Positions 18,323-30,100 of a DNA stretch of 32,000 nucleotides are shown piece by piece. The first letter of the stretch is position 1. Every line of letters starts with the position of its first letter. A program made the position numbers and the translations under genes. The notes beneath the pieces are model-generated. The model did no database searches and was not told where the DNA came from. It saw nothing but the letters and a program-made list of their open reading frames with translations. The DNA comes from Geotalea daltonii FRC-32 (lineage in GTDB: Bacteria > Desulfobacterota > Desulfuromonadia > Geobacterales > Geobacteraceae): positions 3,810,001-3,842,000 of the forward strand of contig NC_011979.1 of NCBI RefSeq assembly GCF_000022265.1. Reading direction: 5' to 3'.

Positions 18323-19174
18323 TCTTTCGCCCCATTTCAGCTTGGTCCGCAGCACCTCAAAATAATCCTTGCTCCGCGACTGGACCAGCCGGGTCTGGCG
18401 CTCTGCCCGCTGGATACGGATTTGATCGCCGTGTTTCACTTCGAAGCCCACCTGCCCGTCCAGGGTAAGGAAAACATCCTCGTTGACCGATTGCAGGCTG
18501 ATGGTGATCAAAGCATCGCCTGACACGACAATCGGGCGATTGGTAAGGGTGTGGGGGCAGATGGGAGTAATCACCAGGCAATCCAGCTGCGGGTGGATGA
18601 TCGGGCCGTTGGCGGAAAGGGAATAACCGGTTGAACCGGTGGGAGTGGAGATGATAAGGCCATCGGCCTTGAAAGTGGTCAGATAGCGGCCATCGACCTC
18701 AGTTTCCAGATCGATAATCCTGGCCAGCGCCCCCTTGTTGATAACCACATCGTTCAGGACCTGGCGGCCTTCGATCTCAGCCCCGCCCCGGTGCAGGGAA
18801 ACACGCAGCATCATCCGCTCAGATACCTCGTAATCCCCCTTCAGACATCGTTCCAGAGCAGGATACATCTCTGTCAGGGTGATTTCCGTGAGAAAGCCCA
18901 GGCTTCCCAGATTGACGCCGAGAATCGGCACTTGCCTGTCTCCCACCAGTCGGGCCACAGAGATCAAGGTTCCATCGCCACCCAATACCACCACCAGATC
19001 GGCCTGCTCGGGAATATCATCTCTTTTCGCGGTATATGAGCAGCTGATGTGTTTTGCCAGATGCGGTTCCACCAGGGGAGAAAGCCCCCTTGCCAAAAGC
19101 CATTCGACCAGCTCTTCAGCTATTCCCACGCAGCGGGGGTCATGTACCTTGGCAAAGATTGCTATTTTTTTCAT
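18320..19174 (-). CDS. nadK: NAD+ kinase
   Basis: 284 aa with the GGDGT motif (VVVLGGDGTLISVAR), NLGSLGFLTE, and the conserved STPTGSTGYSLSANGPI block. Confidence 0.95.
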   Translation of the reverse strand: MKKIAIFAKVHDPRCVGIAEELVEWLLARGLSPLVEPHLAKHISCSYTAKRDDIPEQADLVVVLGGDGTLISVARLVGDRQVPILGVNLGSLGFLTEITLTEMYPALERCLKGDYEVSERMMLRVSLHRGGAEIEGRQVLNDVVINKGALARIIDLETEVDGRYLTTFKADGLIISTPTGSTGYSLSANGPIIHPQLDCLVITPICPHTLTNRPIVVSGDALITISLQSVNEDVFLTLDGQVGFEVKHGDQIRIQRAERQTRLVQSRSKDYFEVLRTKLKWGER

Positions 19175-19285
19175 GGCGCAAGCCTTTATCTATGGTATAA
19201 AAAATAAGGCTTTACTAGCACATATAAACCACCATGTCCAATGGAAACTCCATGGCAGCAAGAGTTCCGGACAAAGGGCAAGCCT

Positions 19286-21802
19286 ATGAACGAATATGAT
19301 GCCAACCCGGCACCTGAACTTGATAACCTCATCCTCATCATCAAATCCTTCCTCGAACATATCGAATACACCCTGGGCAAAGATAAATATACCGCCACCC
19401 GATACGATGCCTTCAACGCCCTGGCCTACGCCGTGCGGGACAAGCTTGTGGAACGCTGGCTCGATACCCAGCAGGCCTACTACAATAGTGACAACAAGCG
19501 GGTCTATTATATCTCCATGGAATTCCTCATCGGACGGTCCCTGATCAACAGTCTGATCAACCTGGATATCCTGGAGGATTTCAGGGAGGCTATCACCTCC
19601 CTAGGCTATGACTTCGAAGAGATCTTTGACGAAGAGCAGGAAGCCGGTCTCGGCAATGGCGGCCTGGGGCGCCTGGCCGCCTGCTTCCTCGATTCCATGG
19701 CCACCATGTCCATCCCGGCATACGGCTATGGCATTCGCTATGAATACGGCATCTTCCGCCAGAAGATCGTCGACGGCGCCCAGATGGAACTCCCCGACAA
19801 CTGGCTCCGTTACCGCAATCCGTGGGAACTGGACCGCCAGGAGCACCTGCATCCGGTAAAATTTTATGGACGGGTCCTCACCACCACCAACAAATTCGGC
19901 AAAACCGTCAGCGAATGGGTCGATACGGAAGATGTCATGGCCATGGCCTACGATACGCCCATTCCCGGCTACAAGAACAACTCGGTCAACACCATGCGCC
20001 TGTGGAGCGCCAAGTCAAGCCGTGACTTCGACCTCAAGTTCTTCAACGAGGGGAACTACATCCGCGCCGTGGAAAAGAAGATGCAGACGGAAACCATCTC
20101 CAAGGTGCTCTATCCGGCCGACAACGTTATCGAGGGTAAGGAGCTGCGTTTCAAGCAGGAATATTTTCTCGCTTCGGCAACCATCCATGATGTCCTCTAC
20201 CGCTTCAAGAAAAAGCACACCGATCTCAGGCTCCTGCCCGACAAGGTGGCCATTCAGTTGAACGATACCCATCCTGCCCTGGCCATTCCTGAACTGATGC
20301 GGGTGCTGCTGGACCTGGAAAACGTGGACTGGGACGATGCTTGGCAGATCACCAGGAAAACCTTCGCCTATACCAATCACACCATACTGCCGGAAGCCCT
20401 CGAACAATGGCCGGTCTGGTTCTTCGAGCAGATCCTCCCCCGGCACCTGCAGATCATTTTCGACATCAACAAGTATTTTCTGGAAGAGGTTGCAAAACAG
20501 TTCCCAGGCGATAACGCACGCCTGGCCCGCATGTCCATCGTGGAAGAGCACTGGGAGCGGAAGATCCGCATGGCCCACCTGGCCATCGTCGGCAGCCATT
20601 CGGTCAACGGCGTTGCCGCACTGCATAGCGAAATCCTCAAACATCAGCTGTTCCGGGATTTCTACGAGATGTACCCGGAGCGGTTCAACAACAAGACCAA
20701 CGGCATAACCCAACGGCGCTGGTTGAAGATGTCCAACCCTTCCCTTTCCGAGCTGATCGGCGAATATATCGGGGATGGCTGGGTCACCGACCTCTATGAG
20801 CTGGAAAAATTGCGAGCGGTCGCCACCGAACCGGAATTCGCAGCCAGATGGCAGGCAGTGAAAAAGCTCAACAAGGAGAAGCTGGCGGCTTACATCCTTA
20901 AACACAACTGCATCCAGGTCAACGTTGATTCCATTTTCGACTGCCAGGTAAAGCGGATCCACGAATACAAGCGGCAGCTGTTGAACGTGCTTCACGTTAT
21001 CACCATGTACAACCGGATCAAGGAAAACCCGGCAGGCGACTTCGTTCCCCGCACCTTCATCTTCAGCGGCAAGGCAGCCCCCGCCTATGTCACCGCCAAG
21101 CTGATCATCCGCCTCATCAACGCCGTCGCCACTATTGTCAACAACGATCCGGAGGTGGGCGACCGGATGAAGGTGGTTTTTCTCGCCAACTACAGCGTCT
21201 CCCTGGCCGAACATATCTTCCCGGCGGCAGACCTGTCCGAACAGATCTCCACCGCAGGCACCGAGGCCTCCGGAACCGGCAACATGAAGTTCGCCCTGAA
21301 CGGCTCCCTCACCATCGGCACCCTGGACGGCGCCAATATCGAGATCATGGAAGAGGTGGGGAGAGAAAACATCTTCATCTTCGGCCTGACCACGGACGAG
21401 GTCAACAATACCAGGAACAAGGGCTACAATCCCCGTGACTATTACAGCAAACTGCCGGCATTGCGAAGGGTGCTGGACCAGATCGCCGGCGGGTTCTTCT
21501 CTCCCGGCGCCCCCGACCTTTTCCGTCCCATCGTCGACCTGCTGCTGAATCAGGGAGATTACTACATGCTGCTGGCCGACTACACCTCCTACATCGCCTG
21601 CCAGGATGAGGTAAGCAAGCTTTACCGGGACCAGAACGAATGGACCCGGCGGGCAATCCTCAATACCGCCGGCATGGGCAAATTCTCCAGCGACCGGACC
21701 ATTGCCGAGTACGCCAGAGATATCTGGGGGATCAGCCCGGTTTGTGTCAAGGGTGCCGAATCGCGCCAGCATGGTGACAGTTCCGCCCATGGATCTTTTT
21801 GA
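19286..21802 (+). CDS. glgP: Glycogen/maltodextrin phosphorylase
   Basis: About 838 aa. GT35 family with the PLP-lysine block [14 protein letters not shown] and [16 protein letters not shown]. The track start is ATG 19241, but ATG 19286 (MNEYDANP..) has AAAGGG 7 nt upstream and 19241 has no SD. Confidence 0.92.
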   Translation: MNEYDANPAPELDNLILIIKSFLEHIEYTLGKDKYTATRYDAFNALAYAVRDKLVERWLDTQQAYYNSDNKRVYYISMEFLIGRSLINSLINLDILEDFREAITSLGYDFEEIFDEEQEAGLGNGGLGRLAACFLDSMATMSIPAYGYGIRYEYGIFRQKIVDGAQMELPDNWLRYRNPWELDRQEHLHPVKFYGRVLTTTNKFGKTVSEWVDTEDVMAMAYDTPIPGYKNNSVNTMRLWSAKSSRDFDLKFFNEGNYIRAVEKKMQTETISKVLYPADNVIEGKELRFKQEYFLASATIHDVLYRFKKKHTDLRLLPDKVAIQLNDTHPALAIPELMRVLLDLENVDWDDAWQITRKTFAYTNHTILPEALEQWPVWFFEQILPRHLQIIFDINKYFLEEVAKQFPGDNARLARMSIVEEHWERKIRMAHLAIVGSHSVNGVAALHSEILKHQLFRDFYEMYPERFNNKTNGITQRRWLKMSNPSLSELIGEYIGDGWVTDLYELEKLRAVATEPEFAARWQAVKKLNKEKLAAYILKHNCIQVNVDSIFDCQVKRIHEYKRQLLNVLHVITMYNRIKENPAGDFVPRTFIFSGKAAPAYVTAKLIIRLINAVATIVNNDPEVGDRMKVVFLANYSVSLAEHIFPAADLSEQISTAGTEASGTGNMKFALNGSLTIGTLDGANIEIMEEVGRENIFIFGLTTDEVNNTRNKGYNPRDYYSKLPALRRVLDQIAGGFFSPGAPDLFRPIVDLLLNQGDYYMLLADYTSYIACQDEVSKLYRDQNEWTRRAILNTAGMGKFSSDRTIAEYARDIWGISPVCVKGAESRQHGDSSAHGSF

Positions 21803-23105
21803 CCGCAGGGCGGCGGAAGATGCCGCCAAGGAAGCCCCCCTCGCAGAAAAGATGCGGCCACGGACCATTGCCGAATATGTGGGGCAGGAACAGCTTCTTG
21901 GGGAAGGCAAGCTGCTGCGGCGGCTGATCGAAAGCGACCAGCTGACTTCCCTCATCTTCTGGGGTCCTCCCGGCTCGGGCAAAACCACCCTGGCCCGCGT
22001 CATCGCTGGTGCCACCAGTTCCCACTTCATCTTCTTTTCCGCCATCCTCTCCGGTATCAAGGAGATCCGCGAGATCGTCAAGGAAGCGGAGGAAGTGCGC
22101 AAGTTCCAGGGCAGAAGAACCATTCTCTTCGTCGATGAAATCCATCGTTTCAACAAGAGCCAGCAGGATGCCTTTCTCCCCTATGTGGAAAAAGGTGTTT
22201 TCACCATCATCGGCGCCACCACCGAAAATCCCTCCTTTGAAGTGATCGCCCCGCTCCTTTCACGGTGCAAGGTGCTGGTGCTCAATACCCTGAGCGAGGA
22301 AGAGCTGCAGAAGATCATCCGCAACGCCCTTACCGACCGTGAACGGGGGTTAGGCAATCTGGACCTTGCCATTACCGATGATGCCTTGAGCTACATGGCC
22401 GAGCAGGCCGGAGGCGACGGCAGGGTCGCCCTCAACACCCTGGAAACGGCAGCGCGACTGGCAGAGAACGGCACGATCACCATTGAAAATGTCCGGGAGG
22501 CGGTGCAGAAGAAACCGCTCCTCTACGACAAGGGGGGAGAGGAGCATTACAATGTCATCTCCGCCTTCATCAAGTCCATGCGGGGCAGCGACCCGGACGC
22601 CGCCGTCTATTGGCTGGCAAGGCTCATCGAGGCGGGGGAGGATCCTCTCTTCATCCTGCGCCGCATGGTAATACTCGCTTCCGAAGATATCGGCAACGCC
22701 GATCCCCGCGCCCTGCAGGTGGTAGTGTCTGCTCTCCAGGCTTTTCAGATGGTGGGGATGCCGGAGGGACGCATCATCCTTTCCCAGGCGGTCACCTACC
22801 TGGCCACCGCCCCCAAGTCAAATGCCTCATATCTGGCAATAGACGAGGCACTGGCCGAAGTTAGGAAGAGCGGAGCCCAGCCGGTCCCTATGCATATCCG
22901 CAATGCGCCTACCAAGCTGATGAAGGATCTGGGCTACCACGCCGGCTACCGCTATGCCCATGACTTTGCGGGTGGATACGTGGAGCAGGACTACCTGCCC
23001 GAGCGGCTCAAGGGACGGGAGTATTACCGTCCCGCCGGCTATGGCTACGAGAAGGCCATCAAGGAGCGGATGGAGTGGCTGAAAGGAAAGAAGGAGGATT
23101 CATGA
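21789..23105 (+). CDS. rarA: Replication-associated recombination protein A (RarA/MgsA AAA+ ATPase)
   Basis: Walker [10 protein letters not shown], Walker [13 protein letters not shown], and the MgsA C-terminal domain ([32 protein letters not shown]). The preferred start MDLFDRR.. at 21789 overlaps the glgP end by 14 nt. The ATGs at 21702 and 21771 lie deeper inside glgP. Confidence 0.88.
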   Translation: MDLFDRRAAEDAAKEAPLAEKMRPRTIAEYVGQEQLLGEGKLLRRLIESDQLTSLIFWGPPGSGKTTLARVIAGATSSHFIFFSAILSGIKEIREIVKEAEEVRKFQGRRTILFVDEIHRFNKSQQDAFLPYVEKGVFTIIGATTENPSFEVIAPLLSRCKVLVLNTLSEEELQKIIRNALTDRERGLGNLDLAITDDALSYMAEQAGGDGRVALNTLETAARLAENGTITIENVREAVQKKPLLYDKGGEEHYNVISAFIKSMRGSDPDAAVYWLARLIEAGEDPLFILRRMVILASEDIGNADPRALQVVVSALQAFQMVGMPEGRIILSQAVTYLATAPKSNASYLAIDEALAEVRKSGAQPVPMHIRNAPTKLMKDLGYHAGYRYAHDFAGGYVEQDYLPERLKGREYYRPAGYGYEKAIKERMEWLKGKKEDS

Positions 23106-24061
23106 GGAAAATCGGCATTCTAACCAGCGGCGGCGACTGTTCAGGGATGAACGCTGCCATCCGCAGCGCGGTACGGAGCGGCCTGCGAAATAATGTGGAA
23201 ATGGTGGGGTTTCGCAAGGGATACGTGGGACTTATGAAACCCGATTACATCACCCTCGATTCCAAGGCAGTCTCCGGCATCCTCCACCGGGGGGGAACGT
23301 TCCTCCAGTCGGCACGCTCGCCCGAATTTCGCACCATTGAAGGGCAGCAGCAGGCCCTGGCCAACCTGAAAAACCTGGGGGTGGAAGGGTTGATCATCCT
23401 CGGGGGTGACGGTTCCCTGACGGGAGCATTGGCGCTGCACAACCTGGGCTTTCCGGTTATCGGCATTCCCGCCAGCATCGACAACGATATTCCCTTCACT
23501 GATATGGCCCTTGGGGTGGATACGGCGCTCAACAACATCATCTACGCAGTGGACTGCATCAAGGACACCGCCAGCTCCCACGCCCGTGCCTTCGTCATCG
23601 AGGTCATGGGGCGCAACTCCGGTTACCTGGCCAGTATCAGCGCCATAGCAGCCGGCGCCGAATACGCCCTGGTGCCGGAGCGGGATTTCGACCTCTCCGA
23701 AATCTGCCAGCAGTTGCGGGCCCGCTACGAAGAAGGACGGGACAACGCCATCATCATTCTCGCCGAAGGGGCGGGCAACGCCCACCAGATCGCCGACAGC
23801 ATCAAGGACGCCATCGGCTTCGAAACCAGGGTAACGGTGCTGGGCCACTACCAGCGGGGCGGCGCACCCACCGTCTTCGACCGGCTCCTGGCGAGCCGCC
23901 TGGGAAAAAATGCCGTGGATTTGCTTCTCAAAGGGGAAAAAGGGCTGATGGTGGGTCTCTCCAACAACTCCATCATCACCACCTCCCTGGAGGACGTGGT
24001 CAAGGGGGAAAAAAAGCCACACGATGAGATGCTGCGGCTGGCGGAGGTGTTGGGGATATAG
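23102..24061 (+). CDS. pfkA: ATP-dependent 6-phosphofructokinase
   Basis: 319 aa from [21 protein letters not shown], with the GGDGS and MGR (EVMGRNSGYLA) motifs. GGAGG at 23093-23097. ATGA overlap with the rarA stop. Confidence 0.95.
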   Translation: MRKIGILTSGGDCSGMNAAIRSAVRSGLRNNVEMVGFRKGYVGLMKPDYITLDSKAVSGILHRGGTFLQSARSPEFRTIEGQQQALANLKNLGVEGLIILGGDGSLTGALALHNLGFPVIGIPASIDNDIPFTDMALGVDTALNNIIYAVDCIKDTASSHARAFVIEVMGRNSGYLASISAIAAGAEYALVPERDFDLSEICQQLRARYEEGRDNAIIILAEGAGNAHQIADSIKDAIGFETRVTVLGHYQRGGAPTVFDRLLASRLGKNAVDLLLKGEKGLMVGLSNNSIITTSLEDVVKGEKKPHDEMLRLAEVLGI

Positions 24062-24105
24062 CAGACTGTTCGAAACTGTTGCTGATTGTATAAAAAGACA
24101 TAACT

Positions 24106-24144
24106 ACGGGCGGGGGATTTGGATTCCCCGCCCGTTTCTCTTTT
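24106..24144. terminator. Bidirectional rho-independent terminator between convergent pfkA and the giant ORF
   Basis: 10-bp GC-rich stem ACGGGCGGGG/CCCCGCCCGT (24106-24135) followed by TTTCTCTTTT on the plus strand. On the minus strand it lies 10 nt after the giant ORF stop and is followed by a T-rich run. Confidence 0.75.
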
Positions 24145-24145
24145 C

Positions 24146-27100
24146 CTACTGCATAACCCTGATCAGATCGACCCCTTCGAAGACCACAGAGCCGACCTTG
24201 CCGGTAACATGCACCGGAACCCTGTCACCGCTCGGCAGCAGGTTAATCACCTCGCTCCGCCTGAACTTCACCATCAGATCTTTGATGCCGTCCTTGTCGC
24301 AATCGCCGACGGCGTAGGGACGAAGCTCTGCCGATATTGCCCCTTCAAGCCTGATGGATGCAATGTCGATGTCTGAAGGATTGTAGCCCTCCGGCAGTTC
24401 GATGCGCACGGTGACCCAGGTGCCGTTGCTCTTGGGATTGAGGGTATCGGGGTCGAAGTCGATGGTGGCGCCTATGCTTGTCACCGGCAAATGCACGGTG
24501 AAGCTCGCCATATGGGACCAGGCACCGTAGAGGGCACCGTCGAATGCCCTGGCACGCCACTGGTATGCGGTGTTGTCGGTAAGGGGTGTATTCAGGGTAA
24601 CGGAGGTCATCCCTGAGGCGTCCTGGGGGATGCCTGTGACTGTCGCTGCCAGTGTCGGGCCCGCATAGATCTCGAAGTCGTAGCCTTGTATGGAGCTGTC
24701 GGGATCTGCGGCATTGGCAATGGTCAGGGTCGGTGTCGGCGTTGAAACACTGCTCCCTTCGGCAGGCAAGGCCGGTTTAGGTGCGCCGGGGGCATCGTTG
24801 GCGGTGTTGACCATGAAGCTCATCGCTTGAGTCCATTTATCGCTGGTGAGGTAACCATCGAAGGCGCGCGCCCGCCAGTAATAGGTCTGGTTCTCCGTCA
24901 GTGTCACCGGAACCGTCCAACTGGTGACTGCGGCTGTCTCAATGACACCGGCTGCCCGGCTGACGAGGCTGGTCAAGGCAGCATCGGCATAGACCTCAAA
25001 CTCGTAGGTCAGTGGATCATGGTCAAGGTCGGCGGCATTGTGCACCGACAAGGTCGGGCTGTATTGATTCACCCCTGCCCCATCGGAGGGATTGGCCGGT
25101 GTGGGAGTCGTGGGTGGATCGTTGACGGTATTGGCAAAGAAGCTGATGGTTTCCGACCAGGTGCTTTCCGCTGCCCCGTCACTTGCCTTGGCGCGAAGGT
25201 AATAACGGGTGTTGTCCGAAAGACCGCTCAGATTCCAGGTGGTGCTCCCCTCCCCTTGGGGAATGCTGCCTGAGCGGACGATATTAGGCGAATCGAAGGT
25301 CGGTACCGTATCCGCTTCGAAGAAATAGGTAATGACAGACGAATCGGGATCGGTGCTGTTGGTGACGACCACATGGGTTGTCAAAGCGGCCACAGTCGAG
25401 CCGTTGAGGGGTGCCGTGATGACCGGTGTCGTCGGGGCATCGTTGGCGGTGTTGACCTGGAAGCGCACCGTTTGCGACCAGGGTCCTTCCATCTGCCAGT
25501 CGTCGGCCTGGGCTCGCCAATGGTACCAGCCGTTCTCCTGGAGGGTCACAGGTACGGTCCAGGAGGTGGTCGCTTCTCCGGAAGCAACGCCGGGGGTTGA
25601 GGCTATGATGTTGGTGAACTCGGGATCCAGTGCGACGGCGAAGTTGTAGGTGAGGCTGGTGCTGTCGGGGTCTGAAGAGTTGTTGATGGTCAGCGTTGGA
25701 CTTGACAGTGCCACAGCGGTACCGTCTGCAGGGGCGGAAACGGTCGGCGCTGTCGGGGGATCGTTGATGGTGTTGACCCGGAAGGAGACGGCAGGCATCC
25801 ACGGGCCGTACAGTTTGCCGTCAAAGGCACGGGAGCGCCAGTAGTATGTCTGGTTCTCAATCAGAGCTGCCGGCGTCCAGATGGTCATGTTTGCGGTTTC
25901 CGGTGCCTGTCCGGAGGCGGCAAGGTTGGTCAGGCCGCTGTCGGTGTAGACCTCGAATTGATAGGTGAGCCGGTCGTCGTTGGGATCGGCGGCATTGCTG
26001 ACGGTAAGCTGCGGCGTCAGGGTTTCCACGTCGGCTCCACTAATTGGGCTTACCAGCGCCGGGGCCGAAGGTGCGCCTTCCACGCGGAAATAGGTGCCGG
26101 CGAGGGTTTCCTCTACCCCGTCGATGGTTGCTCGCAGGATAACCAGGTAGTCCTTGGCGCCGTAGTTCTGGGTATCGATTTGGCCGGTTCCTGAATGGAT
26201 TTGCCCCATGGCGAGGCTGGCCGTGTCGGGGATGGGGTTATAGGTGGTCTGGTCGCTTATGTTGATCGTCTGCACTGACAGGGGGATGTTGACAAGGTCC
26301 GTGTTCCCGATGTTGGTAACGGTGTATGAAACGGCTACCGGTTCTCCGGTCAGGATGCTCTGCTTGTCGAGGGTTACCTGTCCTTTCAGGAGAGCGGTGG
26401 GCTTCGTGATGCTGCCAATGACCAGATTACAGGTGGATTTGGTGATAACGGTGCCGGTGTTGTTCAGGATCTGCATTGTTACCAGGTAGGTTGCCGCCGG
26501 GTTGGCTCCCACGTTCCAGTATTTATTGATGGTGGTGGTTTGGCCCTGGTTAAGCTGGGGGATAGAAGTCGTATCGGTGTAGAGGGCCTGCCCCTGGCTG
26601 TTGGTGATGGTTACCAGCAAGGAGAGGTTCTCCATGTAGGTGTTTGCTGTAAGCGTTCCTGTCAGATTTGCCTGATCATTGGGGTTGTAGGCGATCTTGT
26701 CGGTGACTATTTTGCCGGTAACGCTGGCGGCTATTGGCGGTGCGGTGTACGCCACGGTTTTGGTGAGGGTCCGGCTCAGGTCGCCGGTGATGGTGAAGGT
26801 GTAGGTAGTGTCGGCTGCGATCTGTTGAGTGTACTGGACCGATCTTGTCTCTCCGGCAGGGATGGTTATTGTCTCTGCCGTGGTATCGAATGATTTGGCA
26901 ACGGCAATGACCGCTTCTATCTTGCCGCTGTTGGTGAGGACAAGGCTCACCTGGAACGGGTCGGCTCCTGCGCTGTCGGGGGCGGTGAGTGCCGCAGTGA
27001 CCATGGGGCTTGACGCTTCATATTGTTCGGTGATGTCGGCAATGATGACACTATTCTGGGTTACCGCTCCTTTGAGCGTATAAATGCCGTCGCTGCCTGC

Positions 27101-30100
27101 TGTGGTGGTAAAGCTGAACGGACGGCTGCCGTTGGCCGCAATGTCGAAGGTGTCAGTATAGAGGGTTGCCCCTTGGTTATCCTTCACCTGCAGGGCAAGG
27201 GCTGCTGCCAGGCTGGTGATGTTCCTGACTTCGCCGCTTATGGTCACTGTTTCGCCCGGTTTGTAGATCTTCTTGTCGGGTGAGAGAAGTAGCTGGAAGT
27301 TCCCCTGTTCGATGTAGAAGGGGTATTCGGCGGAGGCAACGGCTTGTCCGGTGCTGGAGGTGAGGGTGCCCTGGAAGTAGAGCTTGCCCAGAACACCCAG
27401 GGTGCCGATGGTTTTATTCAGGTCAGCGACGGCTACTGGAGCAAGATCGACGGGCACGTCCGTCTGCCAGAGCACTTCGCCCGGGTCGGCCAGGTAGGTG
27501 ACGGTGAGATCGTTGAGCAGTGGCGTTACATTGGTATCGGTTGTAGCCAGCGTGGCCTCCACCTCGATCCACCGGGCGGCGGGATTAGTGATTGGTGAAC
27601 CGCTTGCGGTGATGTAGTCGCTCCAGATGGCGGTGGTGAGGCCGGCTTCGGTGTCGGCGGTGCGGGTGCGGAATTTGATGGAGGTGCCGGTGGGTTGGGT
27701 GGTGTTAAAATTTATTTTCCCCCAACTGGTATTCGCCGCGCCAGAGTCTTGCTTTAAAGTCACTACTCCTGCACTGGCATATACACCGTTTTCTGTATAA
27801 AAAGCATCTACATCAACAGATGCTGACTCATCAAGTAAGGTATCAGCATTCGTAGTTAAAATTCTGATAGTTGCTGGTCCGGTTTCCATGCCAGATTTCA
27901 AATGATATGTGCTCCACATAGCACCATCCCAGTACTCTGCGTAGGCAGAGGTTCCCGTTCTTCGAAGCTTGAAATAGCCAGAAACCCAGTTACTCGGGGG
28001 TACACTAGAAGCCCACCAGTTACTATTAATATAGGAGTTAGCCTGCAGTTGAGGAAGTTTTGATGGATAAATGTTTGTCTCATAAAGCCAAAAACCTGAT
28101 GAAGGACCCGTCTTGGCCGTGAGGTAATGGCCTATATCCCCTTCCGGATGCGATCTAACGACGGTGAATTTAGCGTTTTTATACTTTTCAATGGCTGCAA
28201 AATCACCTGGCAGGGAAGCTTTTAAAAAAACAGAAGTCGCGCCATTACCATCACTTTTTTGATGCATAAGACCGTTAGCTTCAGTTGGCAAGTAAACTCC
28301 AGCGGATCTCCATCTATCCTCATTCAGCACTCCATCGTCAAAATTATCATTCAGTGGTAGTAGTCTAGCCGAGTCCACTGTCTGGTTTACTGTCATGATC
28401 CGGCCGGAGCTGATTTTGAAATTATCCCAATGAGTTTCAACAGGGTTATTATACCCATTGTTGGTGGTCCACAGTCTTACATTTAAGGGGCCATCCCAAA
28501 TATTTGTTGACCATAGTTGTTTCCAGGCACCATTTTCCCAGCAATATGCAATTGCTGTAGTCCCATTTCTAGTAATTCGAAGCTTACCGCTGGAATCGGT
28601 TGTACTAAGATTAGGGCTATGATTCCATGAACTTCCATTCCAATAATCGGCACTATAAACATTCTGGCCATAGGATATTTTGCGTTCTACACGAAACTCA
28701 CGATTTGCTGCCTCGATCCTGAGTAAGGCCCAGAACTCACCAGAAGAAGGGTTTACCAAGCTAAAATCAACCTGAACATCGAAATCACCTTGTAATTGAG
28801 AAGAAGCGTTTCCCACAAGACTCGCATATCCCGCCCCCGGACCTGCCGATTGTATTAAAACACCGGTGCTTTCTTGTTGTTTACTGGTGCCATAGTTGTC
28901 TTCTACCCATTTACCTGTGTCAATACGATCATCGTCAAAATCATCATCCGGAATAATCCAGTCATTGACCCCGTAGGTGTCCACCCCATTACGCACACCG
29001 GTCTGGAAATCGGCTTGGGTAATCCAGGTCTTCTGCTTGTAGCTCCCCGGCCCGGTGACCACCTGCAGATGCACATTCCCCCCCTGCAAGGGGGTGCCGG
29101 TGTTGGTTATTGCGCCGAGGCCGGTGATGTTCTCGGTTGCCAGATAGACCTCTTTATCTGTTTGCATCTGAAGGCTGGCTTTTATCCCAGCGATGCTGAG
29201 TGCATAGGGAACAATTTTTTCTACAGTTGTTTTACCATCCTTGAATTGGACGTTGAGGGTATAGGTACCATCCACAGCACCGACCGGAATGGGCAGGCCA
29301 AGGGGAATAGAAGACCCAGCTACTGCAATCTCGGTAGCTGATTTTTCGGCAATGAGTGTTGCCTTTGCATCATAAAGGCTGGCTTGGTAGTCAACTGGTG
29401 TATCAATGCCGCCGGTATTTGCAATTACCACTGTAATTGTATTTCCGGCGCTATAGGCGGTCTTGGCCACTGTTGAGGTCAAGGATGATTCCGGAACAGC
29501 CCAGAAGGCTTTTTCCGTAACCTCTGATCCGGAAGGAAGGCGAAGAGTAACGGTGGCAGGATGTAGACCGGCATTTACCGTTTCCGGAACTGGGAAACTG
29601 TAGATGACTGCAGTGCCAGAAGCCGAAATACCTGCAGGAAGAAATTTGGTTTCAGTATAGGTTGCATCCGGGATGGATACGGTGGCAGTTAATCCGGTAT
29701 CGAGGCTGAACTTACCGGTGTTGGTTATGACAACGGTGAGATTGCCTGCTTCCCTGATGCGATAGGTGCTTTTATCGAAGGAAGCATTAATGTCAACGGT
29801 ATTGGTCAGCACCACTTCAACCGGCTTGATCGTTCTGGTTTCATCGCTCAGGATATAGGACAGGGTATAGGTACCCAATTTCAGAACTGCAGTACTCACA
29901 TTATAGGTAAGCATCTTGCTCTCAGCCAATGCAAGGCTCAAGGCCTGGGAGGAGCTATATGCCACCTGCCCATCCGGGTCTTTCAGGGTGACGGCCAGGA
30001 CGCCTGACGATACGGGAATGGTACCGGTATTGGTCAGGTTGAATGTCACGGTATTGGTGGTGGAGAAGGTGGTCGGCAATGTTGGGCTTATGGATACTTC

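Noticed and set aside
20015-22156. 713-aa ORF on the minus strand spanning the glgP-rarA junction
   Set aside because: It lies entirely antisense to two genes with strong family signatures. Its translation is low-complexity (Gly/Val/Ala/Asp/Leu-rich) with no recognisable motif, start context or SD. This is the typical shadow frame of a GC3-rich coding region.
23141-24022. 293-aa minus-strand ORF antisense to pfkA
   Set aside because: Shadow frame. PfkA motifs (GGDCSGMNAAIR, GGDGS, MGR) are on the plus strand.
24485-26074. Regular ~320-nt periodicity that might be mistaken for a CRISPR or satellite array
   Set aside because: The period is in frame, the repeats are conserved at the protein level rather than the DNA level, and there are no short direct repeats with unique spacers. 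These are coding domain repeats.
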